Of a stretch of 64,000 bases of DNA, positions 46,001-56,374 are shown one piece after another. How positions within the stretch are numbered: position 1 is the stretch's first letter; every line of letters begins with the position of its first letter. The notes under the pieces were generated by a model. The model was not told the DNA's origin and made no database searches. It saw only the letters and a program-made list of their open reading frames with translations. The stretch is taken from positions 45,909-109,908 of the IMG/VR virus record IMGVR_UViG_2576861548_000003. One strand, written 5' to 3'. Position numbers and translations under genes: made by a program. The DNA is from a virus. Taxonomy: Duplodnaviria; Caudoviricetes.

Positions 46001-47122
46001 GCCTTGGATGGTTTGTTTGGTGCTGATTATTCCCGATACAATGAAATGAAGTCACAATATGAAGCTCTTAATTCTGTGTGGGATGAACTTATCAATAAGA
46101 AGAAAGAGTATATTGATATGTCTTATGGGGATGAAGCGTATAAAGTTGGGAAAGAGGCCGAAAGCCTGATAAAGCAACAAACCCAAAGATATTATGAACT
46201 TCTGAATGAATTAAGAAAAAGTGGGTCCAGTATCGGGTCAAGTTCTTTAGGCAAACGAATAGAAAAAAGACTTAATAAAGAAGATTGGGCCAGAATATCC
46301 AGTGCTGTTGGTGAATCTGTAACAAATGCAGAAACTTTATTAAATCTTTCAGCAGAACAGCTAGAAGAAGTGCTTGCCGACCCTAAGCTAGTCTCTGTCC
46401 TCAATACTGTCAACGAAGACTTTATAAAGTATATACAAGATATTGTGAATGGTTCCGAAAAATTAGAGGATATACAGAATCAAGTCAAAGAACAGCTTAC
46501 TCAAGTATCGTTTGATAGCGTGTTTGACAGTTTTGTAGACACTTTGATGAATATGGATAGTTCGGCTAAGGATTTCGCTGATGATTTCACTTCTTATATG
46601 CAAAAAGCTATCCTTTCTACTATGTTAGGAAAGACATATGAAAAACGGTTGCAAGAATGGTATGATGCGTTTGCTTCGGCTAATGAAGATAAAGGCGGTA
46701 TCTCTAGTGATGAATATAAGAATCTGCAAGAACAGTGGAATAGCATTGTTAATGATGCCATTAAGGAACGTAATGAATTAAAGGATTTGCTTGGTTGGAG
46801 TTCCGATACTTCCGTTTCGCAAGATTCTACAAAACGAGGGTTTGAAGGAATGTCCCAGGATACAGCAGAAGAACTGAACGGACGTTTCACGGCTTTGCAG
46901 ATGGCAGGGGAAGAGATTAAGAATCAAATGATAAATGTTGTTGTTGGAGTTAACTCTTTAATTTCAATCTCAACAGAAGGGAATGTTACCTTGAGTAATA
47001 TCCTTAGCCAACACGTAATTACAAATGGCTATTTAGAAGATATTGTGAAACACACAAAGCTGATGCTTGGTTTTGGAGATAAATTTGATAAGATGATTAC
47101 TGTTTTTAATGATAGACTATAA
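43040..47122 (+). CDS. Tail tape measure protein
   Basis: 1360 aa; tape-measure N-domain (AATTPF..GAKQLLAYG..LNQF..RGIP), helical/Gly-Ala rich. Confidence 0.93.
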   Translation: MAGLHFDITGDNSNFIRKLHECENGVKNTSRQIEQSGLGIEDLFNRMTKAAAAFGVGFTAKELISNIAHVRGEFQQLEVAFKTMLGSEDKANALMQQLVKTAATTPFDLQGVANGAKQLLAYGENVENVNDDLIRLGNIAAGLSQPLGDIVYLYGTTMTQGRLYTADLNQFTGRGIPMIRELAKVFGVAEGKVKGLVEAGRVGFPEVQKVIQNLTNEGGMFFNLMQEQSKTIAGQISNIEDAIATMFNEIGKANEGIINDALSGVSYLVENYEKVGALLLEIVGTYGVYRTALMATTALQALQASGITALTAKEAIHYGWLVLTKKAQDALNLSMLKNPYILVAASIAGLVYGIYKFATAESDTEQAIRKTNDALEAQNNHYEELKNKASQLSNILSDESKSIEERFIAYRKLQRLMPEVFKDMDWEAAKRKTNAELTKLENDELLRQQRIGLKTKVVMSQQKIQGLRSSLIKTQNAGGYTGALKEDLAAAEKELEIYQEALKAFEEAKEESKKAKNAPTVQDKEYWENQKKEAENALESIASSQKRLLDAGNFKGIDTAVVKSYKDNVKKLKEAEKELKVYDTSSKQESAAEKLRKQQEGIRSQNDKISEIERKQAIQRKRQAEDMEMEISQSEINAMADGSEKKRMQRELDNRKEIQSLERQKEDMIQAVIQAEKEIFDAQEELKVKENNKYQKKTFDSSKVDTEKISSIWDTIIGNTSRKQLDDKIREQEASWNEYLIKFGNYQQKRLAIIEKYDRAIKEAETAGDVAILMKEKANALDDFDNSVKNSTTLMGQLFADASQKSVNEIQSIIAKAELLMQYLGAVKDEQGNAQIGGKTVSKKDILGLGISDNTLQNLELSTEQTEALRNAIGRLKEELGAKSPFALFKKQVKEAAGEIAKGGQENIARGIAGIGSAIVQFTPAISQFGQDLGTIFGNDDLGNKIAGISDALGGVGQTAMGVGQIMSGDIVGGAMSAVSGISSVVKALDGLFGADYSRYNEMKSQYEALNSVWDELINKKKEYIDMSYGDEAYKVGKEAESLIKQQTQRYYELLNELRKSGSSIGSSSLGKRIEKRLNKEDWARISSAVGESVTNAETLLNLSAEQLEEVLADPKLVSVLNTVNEDFIKYIQDIVNGSEKLEDIQNQVKEQLTQVSFDSVFDSFVDTLMNMDSSAKDFADDFTSYMQKAILSTMLGKTYEKRLQEWYDAFASANEDKGGISSDEYKNLQEQWNSIVNDAIKERNELKDLLGWSSDTSVSQDSTKRGFEGMSQDTAEELNGRFTALQMAGEEIKNQMINVVVGVNSLISISTEGNVTLSNILSQHVITNGYLEDIVKHTKLMLGFGDKFDKMITVFNDRL

Positions 47123-47123
47123 T

Positions 47124-47546
47124 ATGGCAGCGGGAGAACTTTATATAAATAATAAAGACGCTTATACTACATGGGGTATAAGTATGGATACTTCTTCTTT
47201 ATCATCATTGATGACGCCACCTCCAATGAAAGATTTTATAGAAAACAAATCTCGTTTGGAGCACGGCAAGAGGGTCATAACATCAAATCCTAAAATTGAT
47301 GAACGGAATATTACATTGACATTTAATCTTACAGCTAAAAATGAAGAGCAATTTTTTTCACGGTACAACTCTTTTTGTGAAGAACTTGCTACTGGGGTAT
47401 TGCATATCAAAAGCAAATATCAACCCAGTATTGTATATAAAACTATTTATTTGTCATGTAATCAGTTCACACAGTTTATGAGAGGAATCGCTAAATTTTC
47501 GTTGAAATTAGTAGAACCTAATCCGACAGATAGGGCTATAACATAA
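47124..47546 (+). CDS. Distal tail protein
   Basis: INNKDAYTTWG...EPNP directly after TMP. Confidence 0.65.
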   Translation: MAAGELYINNKDAYTTWGISMDTSSLSSLMTPPPMKDFIENKSRLEHGKRVITSNPKIDERNITLTFNLTAKNEEQFFSRYNSFCEELATGVLHIKSKYQPSIVYKTIYLSCNQFTQFMRGIAKFSLKLVEPNPTDRAIT

Positions 47547-47556
47547 TTTTAATTAT

Positions 47557-47594
47557 AAAGTGATTGTTTCAATGTCACTTTTGTTATATTTGCA
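47557..47594 (+). promoter_or_regulatory. Operator-promoter unit upstream of the tail tip gene
   Basis: AAAGTGAT-tgtttcaat-GTCACTTTT-gt-TATATTTG. Confidence 0.7.
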
Positions 47595-47633
47595 TTCAAT
47601 AAAAGCATTGTGTGAAGGCGCACAAAAACCAAT

Positions 47634-50600
47634 ATGATTAGCATTAAAGACATAACTGGCAAAATACGTTTCTCTTTCGTAGAGAATACCGGTTCTGTAT
47701 ACCGTAAGACTTTGATGAAAGAAGATTATATTCTTCTTCATTTCAGCGTCTACCAACCGGTTCTTTTTGAGAAGGGAGATTATTGTGAAACAGAATTTGG
47801 ACGATTTGAAATTGTTGATCTTGTATTCCCGAAGTACAACACTTCAACAGGAGGCTATGATTATGAACTCCGGCTTGACGCGGAATACTATAAGTGGAAG
47901 AATAAGATCTTGTTCTATGATCGTCAAGGTGGTAACCGCGAAGCTTCATGGAATCTTACCCGTACTCCGGATGCACATCTATCGATAGTGGTCTCTAACT
48001 TAAAATCTTTAGGTTACACATACAACTCAGGAGTAGAATATACTTTTTCTATTGACAGCACAGTAGAGAAGTCTGCTAAGTTGATCCAGTACGATAATAC
48101 GAATATCATTGATGCTTTGACCAAAATAGCGGAAACATGGGACGCTGAATGGTGGATCGTTGATAATGTGATTCATTTGGGCAGATGTGAATATAACACA
48201 GCGGTAGATTTTGAACTGAATGGGCTTGTTTCCGAAATGTCTCGTTCTGAAAGCAACGATAATTATGCTACCCGTGTTTACGCTTTCGGTTCTACCCGCA
48301 ATCTTCCTACTAATTATCGTCCGGATATAACCGGTGTTGTGGTCGACGGAGTAGTCCAAAGAAGATTGATGCTTCCCGAGGGTACTCCTTATGTTGACGC
48401 TTTTCCGGATATGTCTACGGAAGAAGCTGTTGAAGAAGTCGTTGTATTTGAGGACGTGTACCCCAAACGTATAGGTACCATGTCAGACGTGACCACTAAG
48501 GAATACACAGACAAGATTGAGAATGAAGATGGTACCACAACGGAAGTCAAATGGAATGCCTACCGTTTCAGGGATTCCGGCATAACTTTTTCAAAAGAGT
48601 ATATTATCCCCGGTCAGGAGTTAAGAATTGTATTTCAGTCAGGTCCTTTAAACGGTATGGACTTCGCTGTTACCTTTAATCCGGGTGCTGCGGATGAAAA
48701 GAACAGTGACGGATCATGGAACTCCGCTGCCCAGTTATGGGAGATCGTAAGGAATGAAGATTACGGCCGCGAACTTCCGTCTGCCCCGTTAATCCCTGAG
48801 AATGGGAACACTTATGTCTTGTATGGATATGATACAAAATTTGTTTCTGTGTCCATGATTCCTGATGCCGAAAAGGAATTGCTTGAAAAGACAAAAAGCT
48901 ACGTAGAGAAGAGTAAAATAGACCCATCTGTATATACATGCGTCATGGACCCGATAAAAGTGGGTGGATTTAATGGAGGACGCGTTATTGATTTGGAGAT
49001 AGGGGACCGTGTCAATATTATCAATCCGGCTTATGCAATAAAGAGCCGGCAATCTCGTATATATGGCTTTGAAAAGGCACTGGATAAGAAGTATGAAGTT
49101 ACTTATACGGTGGGACAATCGACTAAATATTCTCGTATCGGAGAGATTGAAAGTAAAGTCGAAGCGTTGACATATAAAGGGGAGGCTTTTACTGGTTCCG
49201 GTACCGGAAGTGTTTACATTGTCGGGCGATACGATAAAACGAGGCTTACTGACCGTAATGCTTTATCTTCCCTTCGGTCTTTGGAAACATTTTTTCGGAA
49301 AGACCAAGAGGATGTTACCTTCTACAAACAGGCCTTTCGTAAAGGTATAGAAATCGGTTGGAATGAATCCGAAGGAAAGCCTACTGCTTCTCTATATGAG
49401 GATGGCATATTAAACGCTGCCGCAGCTATACTGAAGGAATACATCTCTTCGCCTAAGTTTATTCCGGGATTCACCGGAGAAGGCTTTAAAATATATAAAG
49501 ACGAGTATGGCAACTGGCATATAGAATGCGACATTCTAGATGTGAGGAAAGTTATGAATGTATTTGAGTTGCTTATACAGAAAATACGTTCAATAAATGG
49601 TGCTCTTGTAATAAGCCAAGCGAACGGGAAAGTCAGTGCAGTTACTGAGACTCCTGATTTGCAATCTTGGATTCTTGAATTTGAGGATGAAGATGAAACA
49701 TTCCAGGCGCACGACTTAGTGAGGTGTCAAGTATTTGATAGAAGAATAATCCAGTCACCGGCTTTTGATTTCACAAAATTTACAGCCTATTTATATGATG
49801 GTTCAGCCATAGATGATAGCGTAAGGATAACGAACACAAGCATTGAGTTTAGCATGAATAATTCAGCAAATTCAGGCTTTCAGTTATATTTACGTCCTGC
49901 TGGTCATAGCGAACAAACTCCAATTACTACTAAAGAATGTATTTTAGAAGTATCAGGTCTATATGATGGCATGATGGCTATATGGAATGCACTTGATAAA
50001 GAAGAAATTGGAATGGAAGGTGTTGGAGGCTTTTTAGTAAATGGCGAAAATACAATTAGAGCTATTACAGAAGCTGATAATGCGTATAACCTTGTCATAA
50101 TGGTTCTTGCAGACTCTGGACATGGTAACGGAAAGGTTACTGTTACTCAAAAAATGGAGGATACATCATCTAAAAAAGGTAAATACTATTGGTGCGAAGT
50201 TGCAAGCGTAAATGGTAATCTCGTAACTATTCCTAAGTCTGAATTTGAGGGTATTACGCCAACTGTAGGTGATGAAGTTGTACAGATGGGTAATACAGAG
50301 AATCCTCTTCGTCAGAGCTTGATATATATGTCGGCCGCCGAGGATGGCAAGCCTAAGATTGAGATATTAGGTGGAGTCAAGACTAAGTCATTTGCCGGAG
50401 CGTCTCGCTCTGTATTTGGGAATTTAGATCATATAACGGACCCGGATTTTCCGGATAATATGCAGCCGCACGATAATGGTGTATATACAAATAACGGTTA
50501 TTTCAAAGGCATCTTCATCCTTCGCAACGGAAAGACCATCGAGCAGGAGTTTGAGTCAACCAACAAGGAAATAGACATCGCCAAAACCGATGCGAAAGCT

Positions 50601-53600
50601 GCTCAGGACAGATTAAACACTTGGGCAGATGATGGTGTAATATCCCCGACTGAAAAGACCGCGTTAAAGCAGGAAATGGAGGCATTAAAAGCAGAAAGAG
50701 ATTCTATTCTGGCTAATGCAACACGGTATGGCATTGATACCGTTGCTTATCGGAATGCTTTCAACGATTACTATCATGTGCTTGAAACACATTCGGCGAG
50801 CGAGCCAGAGAACATACCGGTTAGCGCTTCATTCAAGACTCTTCAACAGGCTTATTATGACCAGCAGCGGACAATTATAGATGCGATAAACTCCGCTTCA
50901 TACTCTTATGTTGGGGAAAAGGTTAAGATTGAGACTGACACGATTATGGAGGCTTTGCCCGGGCAGATTACGTTGGCTGTGAAGGGTGAGGTGAGTAAAA
51001 TAAAGGTGGGGGATGTTAACTTGCTGAAAGGTTCTAATATTGAAACATCAAATCCGTCATATAGAGTTGCAGAATATAGGTATGATGTTAGGCCTGAGAT
51101 TGGTAAAGAGTATACTTTAACCCTTTGTTATACTCTTGGTGCTAACAATTGGGGTATTGGTGCATTTTCGGATATTGGTTCTTCTAAAATTGCGCAATTT
51201 GAAACTCGTGGAGAAAGAATAATTGAATCTAAGAGAGTCGAAATAGCACGCATTTTATCAGGAGATGGCATAAGTTTCTATCAGTTTGAGAATGGAAATT
51301 ATGGTTCAATTATACATTGGGCCGTTTTAGCAGATAGCAATGTAGGTGTAACGCAGTGGATTCCGTCTGCAAGCGAGCGGGGAGTAGGTATTAAGAACTT
51401 ATGCTCTTATAGTAACATTGTAAAAGCAGGATTTACATATGCTTCACGTTATGACGATGATGGAACAATATTAATGCTACCGGGGATTTTACACTCAGAA
51501 TCGTATAATGCTAATAAGGATATGTTCGGTTTGACCTATGACCCTCAAAAAAGGTATTATGTGTTTATAGATCATTCTGTTCTATCATCTACAATTCCTA
51601 ATGGCACAAGAAGTATCTTTTTGCGGATCGTATACACTGATGGCACAAGCGAGGACATGTCGGTATTTAATGACAGCATAGGAAACAATTTCATCCTTAC
51701 ATCAAAGGCTATTAGATACATATTGGGTTCTTATGGTACTTCTGTCTCGACTTGCTTGCGTATTGGAATATTTGAAACCAATACTCCTGTAACCTGGAGC
51801 CCAGCCCCAGAAGATCTTAACTACATTGCCAAGACCTACACCGACTCAGAGATAAAAGTTACGAAAGGGTTAATTGAAAGCAAAGTCTCCCAAACCGACT
51901 TTGACGCTCTCGGACAGGTTGTATCCAATCAGGGCACTGAGATCTCTCAGACCAAGACGGATATTAACCTTGTATCAACGGTATCGGGTAATGCACGTTT
52001 GATTGCCCTTGCTATGAGCAAGGGTAAGATGTTGAATCGTGATCCGGAGTTTAGGAGCGGGATGAACGGCATTGGAACCTACAATAACAGTGGTAATGGT
52101 ATGGTTGCAGTTGAAAGAGTGGCAGATATTAATTTGCCTAATCAATCCGGATATAAAATTAAAATTACGACGTCTGGGGCTGCAGAACCGGGTTTAGGTG
52201 GGTTTACTTTTGGCACTCAAACACGCGCCAATGCTGTATTTATAACTCGGTTTATTGCATGGGTTCCTGTTGGATATAGAATTGAGTGGGCTACAAACTC
52301 TACGGGTAACGGTGGTACATCAAAATGGCTCACCAACAATGTCGGGACTGGCGACTGGGAGGAATATGCATTATATGTCAAGTGTGGTTCAAGTGGTACA
52401 TTCTCTTCTACTAATTATTTTTATTTAGCGGGAGGTGATGGCAGTTTACCCGTCACCTGGTACCTTGCCTTTGCCACGGTTTATGACGCCGGCTCTATTG
52501 ATGACACTCCTACAAAGGATGAATTAAAAACGGGAATCACTATTAAGCCGGGTGCTATCAATATATTCGGGAAAGATATCAGTATTGCAGGCATGGTTAC
52601 TTTTTCCGGCTTGTCGGCATCCGAGCAGCAAAATTTCAAGGGTAATACAGGACCACAAGGACCGCAGGGTCCCCAAGGTCCAACTGGACCTACCGGTGCT
52701 ACTGGTGCTACCGGATCTATTGGTCCTATTGGTCCCCAGGGACCACAGGGATCTCAGGGATCTCAGGGGCCTAAAGGAGATAAGGGAGACACTGGTCCAC
52801 AAGGACCTCAAGGACCGCAGGGATTCTTGGACGCTACCGCTATGCGTAACTTGCAGAATGATTTCGCAACGAAACTCGGATACTCTTCGTATGACCAAAT
52901 GGCTTCGTATGCTACTCAGGGTAAAACAATTATCAATGGTGGATTGATTCGAACGAACTTGATAGATGCAACCGCAATCGTTACCAATGCCTTAGCGGCT
53001 GGTCGAATTACTACTGGAAATCTTACGGTAACGAATGGCTCTTACCTTGGTGGCTGGGAGATCAAAGACAACGCCATATATTCCCGTAACATAGCAGACG
53101 CTAAGATACAGCTTGAAATCAACGGCTATCGCTTCTTGCGTATAAATCAGTATGGAGGTGCAGCTACAGTAGGAAGTTACCCATTGATGGAGATTCGTAA
53201 TGACAACCAAGACTGTCTCTCTCTGTCTACATACGGACAAGGAGGAAAGGCTTTGAGAATCATCGCAAACTCTGAGGGTGGGCATGCAATACAGAGTCAT
53301 GGATCGCATCTGTTTGGTCAACGTAATTCTGAGTCATGGAACGCTCCTGGTATTCTTTGCGGTGTTTATGTGTATGCTGCTGGCACTGGTAACCAATTTT
53401 GGGGGAATGGTTGTACAGTTGGTACAGTAAGTAATATATCAACCGGAAGGTACCGTATCTATCATAATTTAGGTCACACAAAATATTCGGCGATTATACA
53501 GGCCTCAGATGACAATGGATGGTGTTTTGGCATGGTAAAGAGTATTACTAGCACTTACCTTGAAGTGCATTTGGTCGATGCTAATCAAGGAGATAGAAAC

Positions 53601-53642
53601 GTAAATTTCTACTTGTATTTAGTAGGTCGTAACGTCTGGTAA
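47634..53642 (+). CDS. Large tail tip/host-specificity protein with carbohydrate-binding-like inserts and collagen repeat
   Basis: 2002 aa; [11 protein letters not shown] hub motif, NLL..S / WSPAPED module borders, G-X-Y run. Confidence 0.85.
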   Translation: MISIKDITGKIRFSFVENTGSVYRKTLMKEDYILLHFSVYQPVLFEKGDYCETEFGRFEIVDLVFPKYNTSTGGYDYELRLDAEYYKWKNKILFYDRQGGNREASWNLTRTPDAHLSIVVSNLKSLGYTYNSGVEYTFSIDSTVEKSAKLIQYDNTNIIDALTKIAETWDAEWWIVDNVIHLGRCEYNTAVDFELNGLVSEMSRSESNDNYATRVYAFGSTRNLPTNYRPDITGVVVDGVVQRRLMLPEGTPYVDAFPDMSTEEAVEEVVVFEDVYPKRIGTMSDVTTKEYTDKIENEDGTTTEVKWNAYRFRDSGITFSKEYIIPGQELRIVFQSGPLNGMDFAVTFNPGAADEKNSDGSWNSAAQLWEIVRNEDYGRELPSAPLIPENGNTYVLYGYDTKFVSVSMIPDAEKELLEKTKSYVEKSKIDPSVYTCVMDPIKVGGFNGGRVIDLEIGDRVNIINPAYAIKSRQSRIYGFEKALDKKYEVTYTVGQSTKYSRIGEIESKVEALTYKGEAFTGSGTGSVYIVGRYDKTRLTDRNALSSLRSLETFFRKDQEDVTFYKQAFRKGIEIGWNESEGKPTASLYEDGILNAAAAILKEYISSPKFIPGFTGEGFKIYKDEYGNWHIECDILDVRKVMNVFELLIQKIRSINGALVISQANGKVSAVTETPDLQSWILEFEDEDETFQAHDLVRCQVFDRRIIQSPAFDFTKFTAYLYDGSAIDDSVRITNTSIEFSMNNSANSGFQLYLRPAGHSEQTPITTKECILEVSGLYDGMMAIWNALDKEEIGMEGVGGFLVNGENTIRAITEADNAYNLVIMVLADSGHGNGKVTVTQKMEDTSSKKGKYYWCEVASVNGNLVTIPKSEFEGITPTVGDEVVQMGNTENPLRQSLIYMSAAEDGKPKIEILGGVKTKSFAGASRSVFGNLDHITDPDFPDNMQPHDNGVYTNNGYFKGIFILRNGKTIEQEFESTNKEIDIAKTDAKAAQDRLNTWADDGVISPTEKTALKQEMEALKAERDSILANATRYGIDTVAYRNAFNDYYHVLETHSASEPENIPVSASFKTLQQAYYDQQRTIIDAINSASYSYVGEKVKIETDTIMEALPGQITLAVKGEVSKIKVGDVNLLKGSNIETSNPSYRVAEYRYDVRPEIGKEYTLTLCYTLGANNWGIGAFSDIGSSKIAQFETRGERIIESKRVEIARILSGDGISFYQFENGNYGSIIHWAVLADSNVGVTQWIPSASERGVGIKNLCSYSNIVKAGFTYASRYDDDGTILMLPGILHSESYNANKDMFGLTYDPQKRYYVFIDHSVLSSTIPNGTRSIFLRIVYTDGTSEDMSVFNDSIGNNFILTSKAIRYILGSYGTSVSTCLRIGIFETNTPVTWSPAPEDLNYIAKTYTDSEIKVTKGLIESKVSQTDFDALGQVVSNQGTEISQTKTDINLVSTVSGNARLIALAMSKGKMLNRDPEFRSGMNGIGTYNNSGNGMVAVERVADINLPNQSGYKIKITTSGAAEPGLGGFTFGTQTRANAVFITRFIAWVPVGYRIEWATNSTGNGGTSKWLTNNVGTGDWEEYALYVKCGSSGTFSSTNYFYLAGGDGSLPVTWYLAFATVYDAGSIDDTPTKDELKTGITIKPGAINIFGKDISIAGMVTFSGLSASEQQNFKGNTGPQGPQGPQGPTGPTGATGATGSIGPIGPQGPQGSQGSQGPKGDKGDTGPQGPQGPQGFLDATAMRNLQNDFATKLGYSSYDQMASYATQGKTIINGGLIRTNLIDATAIVTNALAAGRITTGNLTVTNGSYLGGWEIKDNAIYSRNIADAKIQLEINGYRFLRINQYGGAATVGSYPLMEIRNDNQDCLSLSTYGQGGKALRIIANSEGGHAIQSHGSHLFGQRNSESWNAPGILCGVYVYAAGTGNQFWGNGCTVGTVSNISTGRYRIYHNLGHTKYSAIIQASDDNGWCFGMVKSITSTYLEVHLVDANQGDRNVNFYLYLVGRNVW
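52641..52823 (+). repeat. Collagen-like (Gly-X-Y)n coding repeat
   Basis: [22 protein letters not shown]...GPQGPQG. Confidence 0.9.
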
Positions 53643-53678
53643 GTAAAGAGATAATTATTAAATCAAAATATATAGAGT

Positions 53679-54017
53679 ATGAAAATAGATTTTAGAAAGA
53701 TCGTGGTTAACGATATCGAAGGCAACGTCTTGATGAAAGAGGTTGAGAAGAGAGACTCTGAGGGCAACATTGTCGGGACGGAGAGAGTGATTGATTACAA
53801 AGATGTAAGCAAGGACTTAGGTAATGCTATTTACTTTAATGTGAGTGACATCAAAGATCAGGAGATCGGCAGAAAGTTATATCTTGAAGGTGAGATTGAA
53901 GTCGATGGTCCCACTGCTGCTCTGATTAAGAAATTTGCAGATCAGATTTTCTATGCTTATGTAAAGTTCCCCCTCTTCAAATTGCTGGATTCAGCATTGA
54001 ATCAGAACAAAGAATAA
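53679..54017 (+). CDS. Hypothetical tail-associated protein
   Basis: 112 aa after the tail tip gene. Confidence 0.6.
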   Translation: MKIDFRKIVVNDIEGNVLMKEVEKRDSEGNIVGTERVIDYKDVSKDLGNAIYFNVSDIKDQEIGRKLYLEGEIEVDGPTAALIKKFADQIFYAYVKFPLFKLLDSALNQNKE

Positions 54018-54046
54018 ATTTATTATAAACTTAAAATTAAAATGCA

Positions 54047-54397
54047 ATGAACGAAGAGATTAAAATTGTAGCTACCGATACAACAGAAGTAAAGAGCTTT
54101 GAAGGAACTTCTTTAAGTATTCCGACCGTTAAGTATTCGATCAGATATACTTCAATCAATGGTAACAAACAGTCGATATTTGTCGGTGTAACCGATAATG
54201 CAACAGAAACGGTACCGAACGCCGACGGAGATGGTACACATGAAGAGATCAGAGAGATGAAGTTGGGAGAGGTCCGATTTGACCCTGTTCCAACTCCGCA
54301 GATAACTACTGTTAGTTTTATCTACACGAATGACTTTGAATGTTATATGTCTGATATCCGTAAGATCATTGAGCAGATCACTAGTGATAAGTCATAG
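54047..54397 (+). CDS. Hypothetical protein
   Basis: 116-aa ORF. Confidence 0.6.
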   Translation: MNEEIKIVATDTTEVKSFEGTSLSIPTVKYSIRYTSINGNKQSIFVGVTDNATETVPNADGDGTHEEIREMKLGEVRFDPVPTPQITTVSFIYTNDFECYMSDIRKIIEQITSDKS

Positions 54398-54511
54398 CAT
54401 AAAAAAGCCCACCTCACCTTCACAGGCAAGATAGGCTCACGCATTTATCTAGTTTTAATTTAATTATGTAATCTGATTACAAATGTAGTATTATTATTTA
54501 AAAAGACAAAT

Positions 54512-54979
54512 ATGCAAGACAAATCAATACATCAATTCTCTTCTGGTCTGTTTGCTCCTGTAGCCGGAAGTTTCGTAATGGAAGCTATAGAGCACATGAT
54601 CCCATGGTTGATCACTATGTTCTTTGTAATACTGTGTGATTTGGCTACGGGATGCAGGAAGAGCTTGTTGATGGGTGAGCGCGTGAGGTTTAGTAGGGCT
54701 TGGCGGGCTACAATGGGTAAGATGGTTACCTATTTTAGCTTTGTAATCATGGTGGTGATGATAAACGAGGCCAGTGGTGGAAGATATAACATTGATATAT
54801 TTGCTTGCTTATCTGTCTGCTTTATCGAAGGTTGCTCTATCATATCGAATATTCTTAAGCCCAAGGGATATGATTTTAATCTGATAGTAGCTATTGGGTT
54901 ATTCGCTAAAAAGGTATTCAAGATAGAGAAAGAAGATTTAAAAGAGGTGATAACTAAAAAGGAGGAGGACAAGAAATGA
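54512..54979 (+). CDS. Holin
   Basis: Three hydrophobic segments, DLATG..K and EGCSIISN, charged C-terminus, before endolysin. Confidence 0.8.
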   Translation: MQDKSIHQFSSGLFAPVAGSFVMEAIEHMIPWLITMFFVILCDLATGCRKSLLMGERVRFSRAWRATMGKMVTYFSFVIMVVMINEASGGRYNIDIFACLSVCFIEGCSIISNILKPKGYDFNLIVAIGLFAKKVFKIEKEDLKEVITKKEEDKK

Positions 54980-54996
54980 ATTTAAATTTAGTATAT

Positions 54997-55430
54997 CTAA
55001 TTCCCTTTATGCTTTATGTCATATTCTTTGCATTTACGAATGATAAAACCGATAATGGCAATAGGGGTATAAGTAATAGCAGAGGACCTAAGAAAGGTTG
55101 ATAAAGCATATTCGTGTCCAAGTGTATAGTTTTCCGGTGAACGTATAAGGTAAAAAGATGCAGCTAACATTGGACATATGAGTATTAGGATTTCAAGTTT
55201 ATATCTACGTTTTGCTAATACAGAACATAAGCAGAGCATTGCAAATGAATAGTATATAGATAAAATGGAAGCCGTAGCAGAAAATATAATCTGCAAATAG
55301 ATATCTAAATTATTGAATTGCGGAATATATAAATATAGTATAGTGAAAATCAATGGAAGCTGTATGCAAAGCCGGTAAAAACATTTTTCTGTTCTGTATT
55401 ATAGCTTTTAATTAGTTCAGATATATCCAT
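54997..55430 (-). pseudogene. Frameshifted multi-pass membrane protein (moron in lysis cassette)
   Basis: ATG 55430 (MDISELIK..) stops after 26 codons; one extra T in GGCTTT(T)GC would join it to the 118-aa hydrophobic ORF; TAACTTTG promoter near 55449-55456. Confidence 0.55.
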
Positions 55431-55500
55431 AAAAATCTAATTTTTTTGCAAAGTTAATATTAAATAAATAAAGAGGAAAAGAAAATAAGGAGGAAAGAGT

Positions 55501-56085
55501 ATGAAAATTCTAATTGACAACGGACACGGTGAAAACACTCCCGGGAAACGTTCACCGGACGGAAGGTTGCGTGAGTGGGCTTATTCCAGAGAGATAGCGG
55601 ATATGGTCGTTTTCGGGCTGAGAAAGCATGGTGTTGACGCGGAACGCATTGTGAAGGAGGACGTGGATGTTCCATTGTCTGAGCGTTGCAAACGTGCTAA
55701 TAATATTTATCGCGATTCTCAAAAAAACGCTATTCTGGTATCCATTCATTGTAATGCGGCCGGTAACGGGACAAGTTGGATGAATGCTCGGGGATGGGGT
55801 GTATATGTCAGTGATAATGCTTCTTTTAATAGCAAAAGGTTGGCTTCCTCCCTTGCGGAAGTAGCGGAAGGTAAAGATGTGACAGTACGCAAACAGACTC
55901 CGGATGTGGACTATTGGGTGCAGAACTTGGCTATTTGCCGGGATACGAACTGCCCCGCTGTACTGACAGAGAACTTCTTCCAGGACAACAAGGAAGATGT
56001 GGAGTTCTTATTGTCGGCTGAGGGCAAGCGGACTGTGGCAAATATTCACATAGAAGGTATTATTAACTATTTAAATTCAAAGTAA
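55501..56085 (+). CDS. Endolysin, N-acetylmuramoyl-L-alanine amidase (Amidase_3)
   Basis: ILIDNGHG..E..VSIHCNA..PAVLTENFF. Confidence 0.93.
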   Translation: MKILIDNGHGENTPGKRSPDGRLREWAYSREIADMVVFGLRKHGVDAERIVKEDVDVPLSERCKRANNIYRDSQKNAILVSIHCNAAGNGTSWMNARGWGVYVSDNASFNSKRLASSLAEVAEGKDVTVRKQTPDVDYWVQNLAICRDTNCPAVLTENFFQDNKEDVEFLLSAEGKRTVANIHIEGIINYLNSK

Positions 56086-56086
56086 C

Positions 56087-56374
56087 ATGGCTCTAACAGA
56101 TTTAACTTTCAGCAAACATGGTGAAGCTTATGTATCGGACCCTGTGCAACTTCAATCGGATGCAGGCCTTCATCTTGAATTTGCAAGTGAAGATAAGAAT
56201 AACGTTGTCTCTCTGTTTCAGAGTATGACGAATACAAATTACGTTCCTTTCGGATCATATAACTATGTGGGTAGCACAATGGATGTTGCTATTACAGGAG
56301 TGATTCCCGGGATGTATATCAAAGTGCAGTCTATCTCACAGCCTACTTTGGCTAAAATTCTTGTATCGGAATGA
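56087..56374 (+). CDS. Small beta-rich hypothetical protein
   Basis: 95 aa, coupled to endolysin. Confidence 0.6.
   Translation: MALTDLTFSKHGEAYVSDPVQLQSDAGLHLEFASEDKNNVVSLFQSMTNTNYVPFGSYNYVGSTMDVAITGVIPGMYIKVQSISQPTLAKILVSE

Noticed and set aside
52524-52947. Alternative-frame ORFs over the collagen repeat
   Set aside because: By-products of the stop-poor Gly-X-Y repeat
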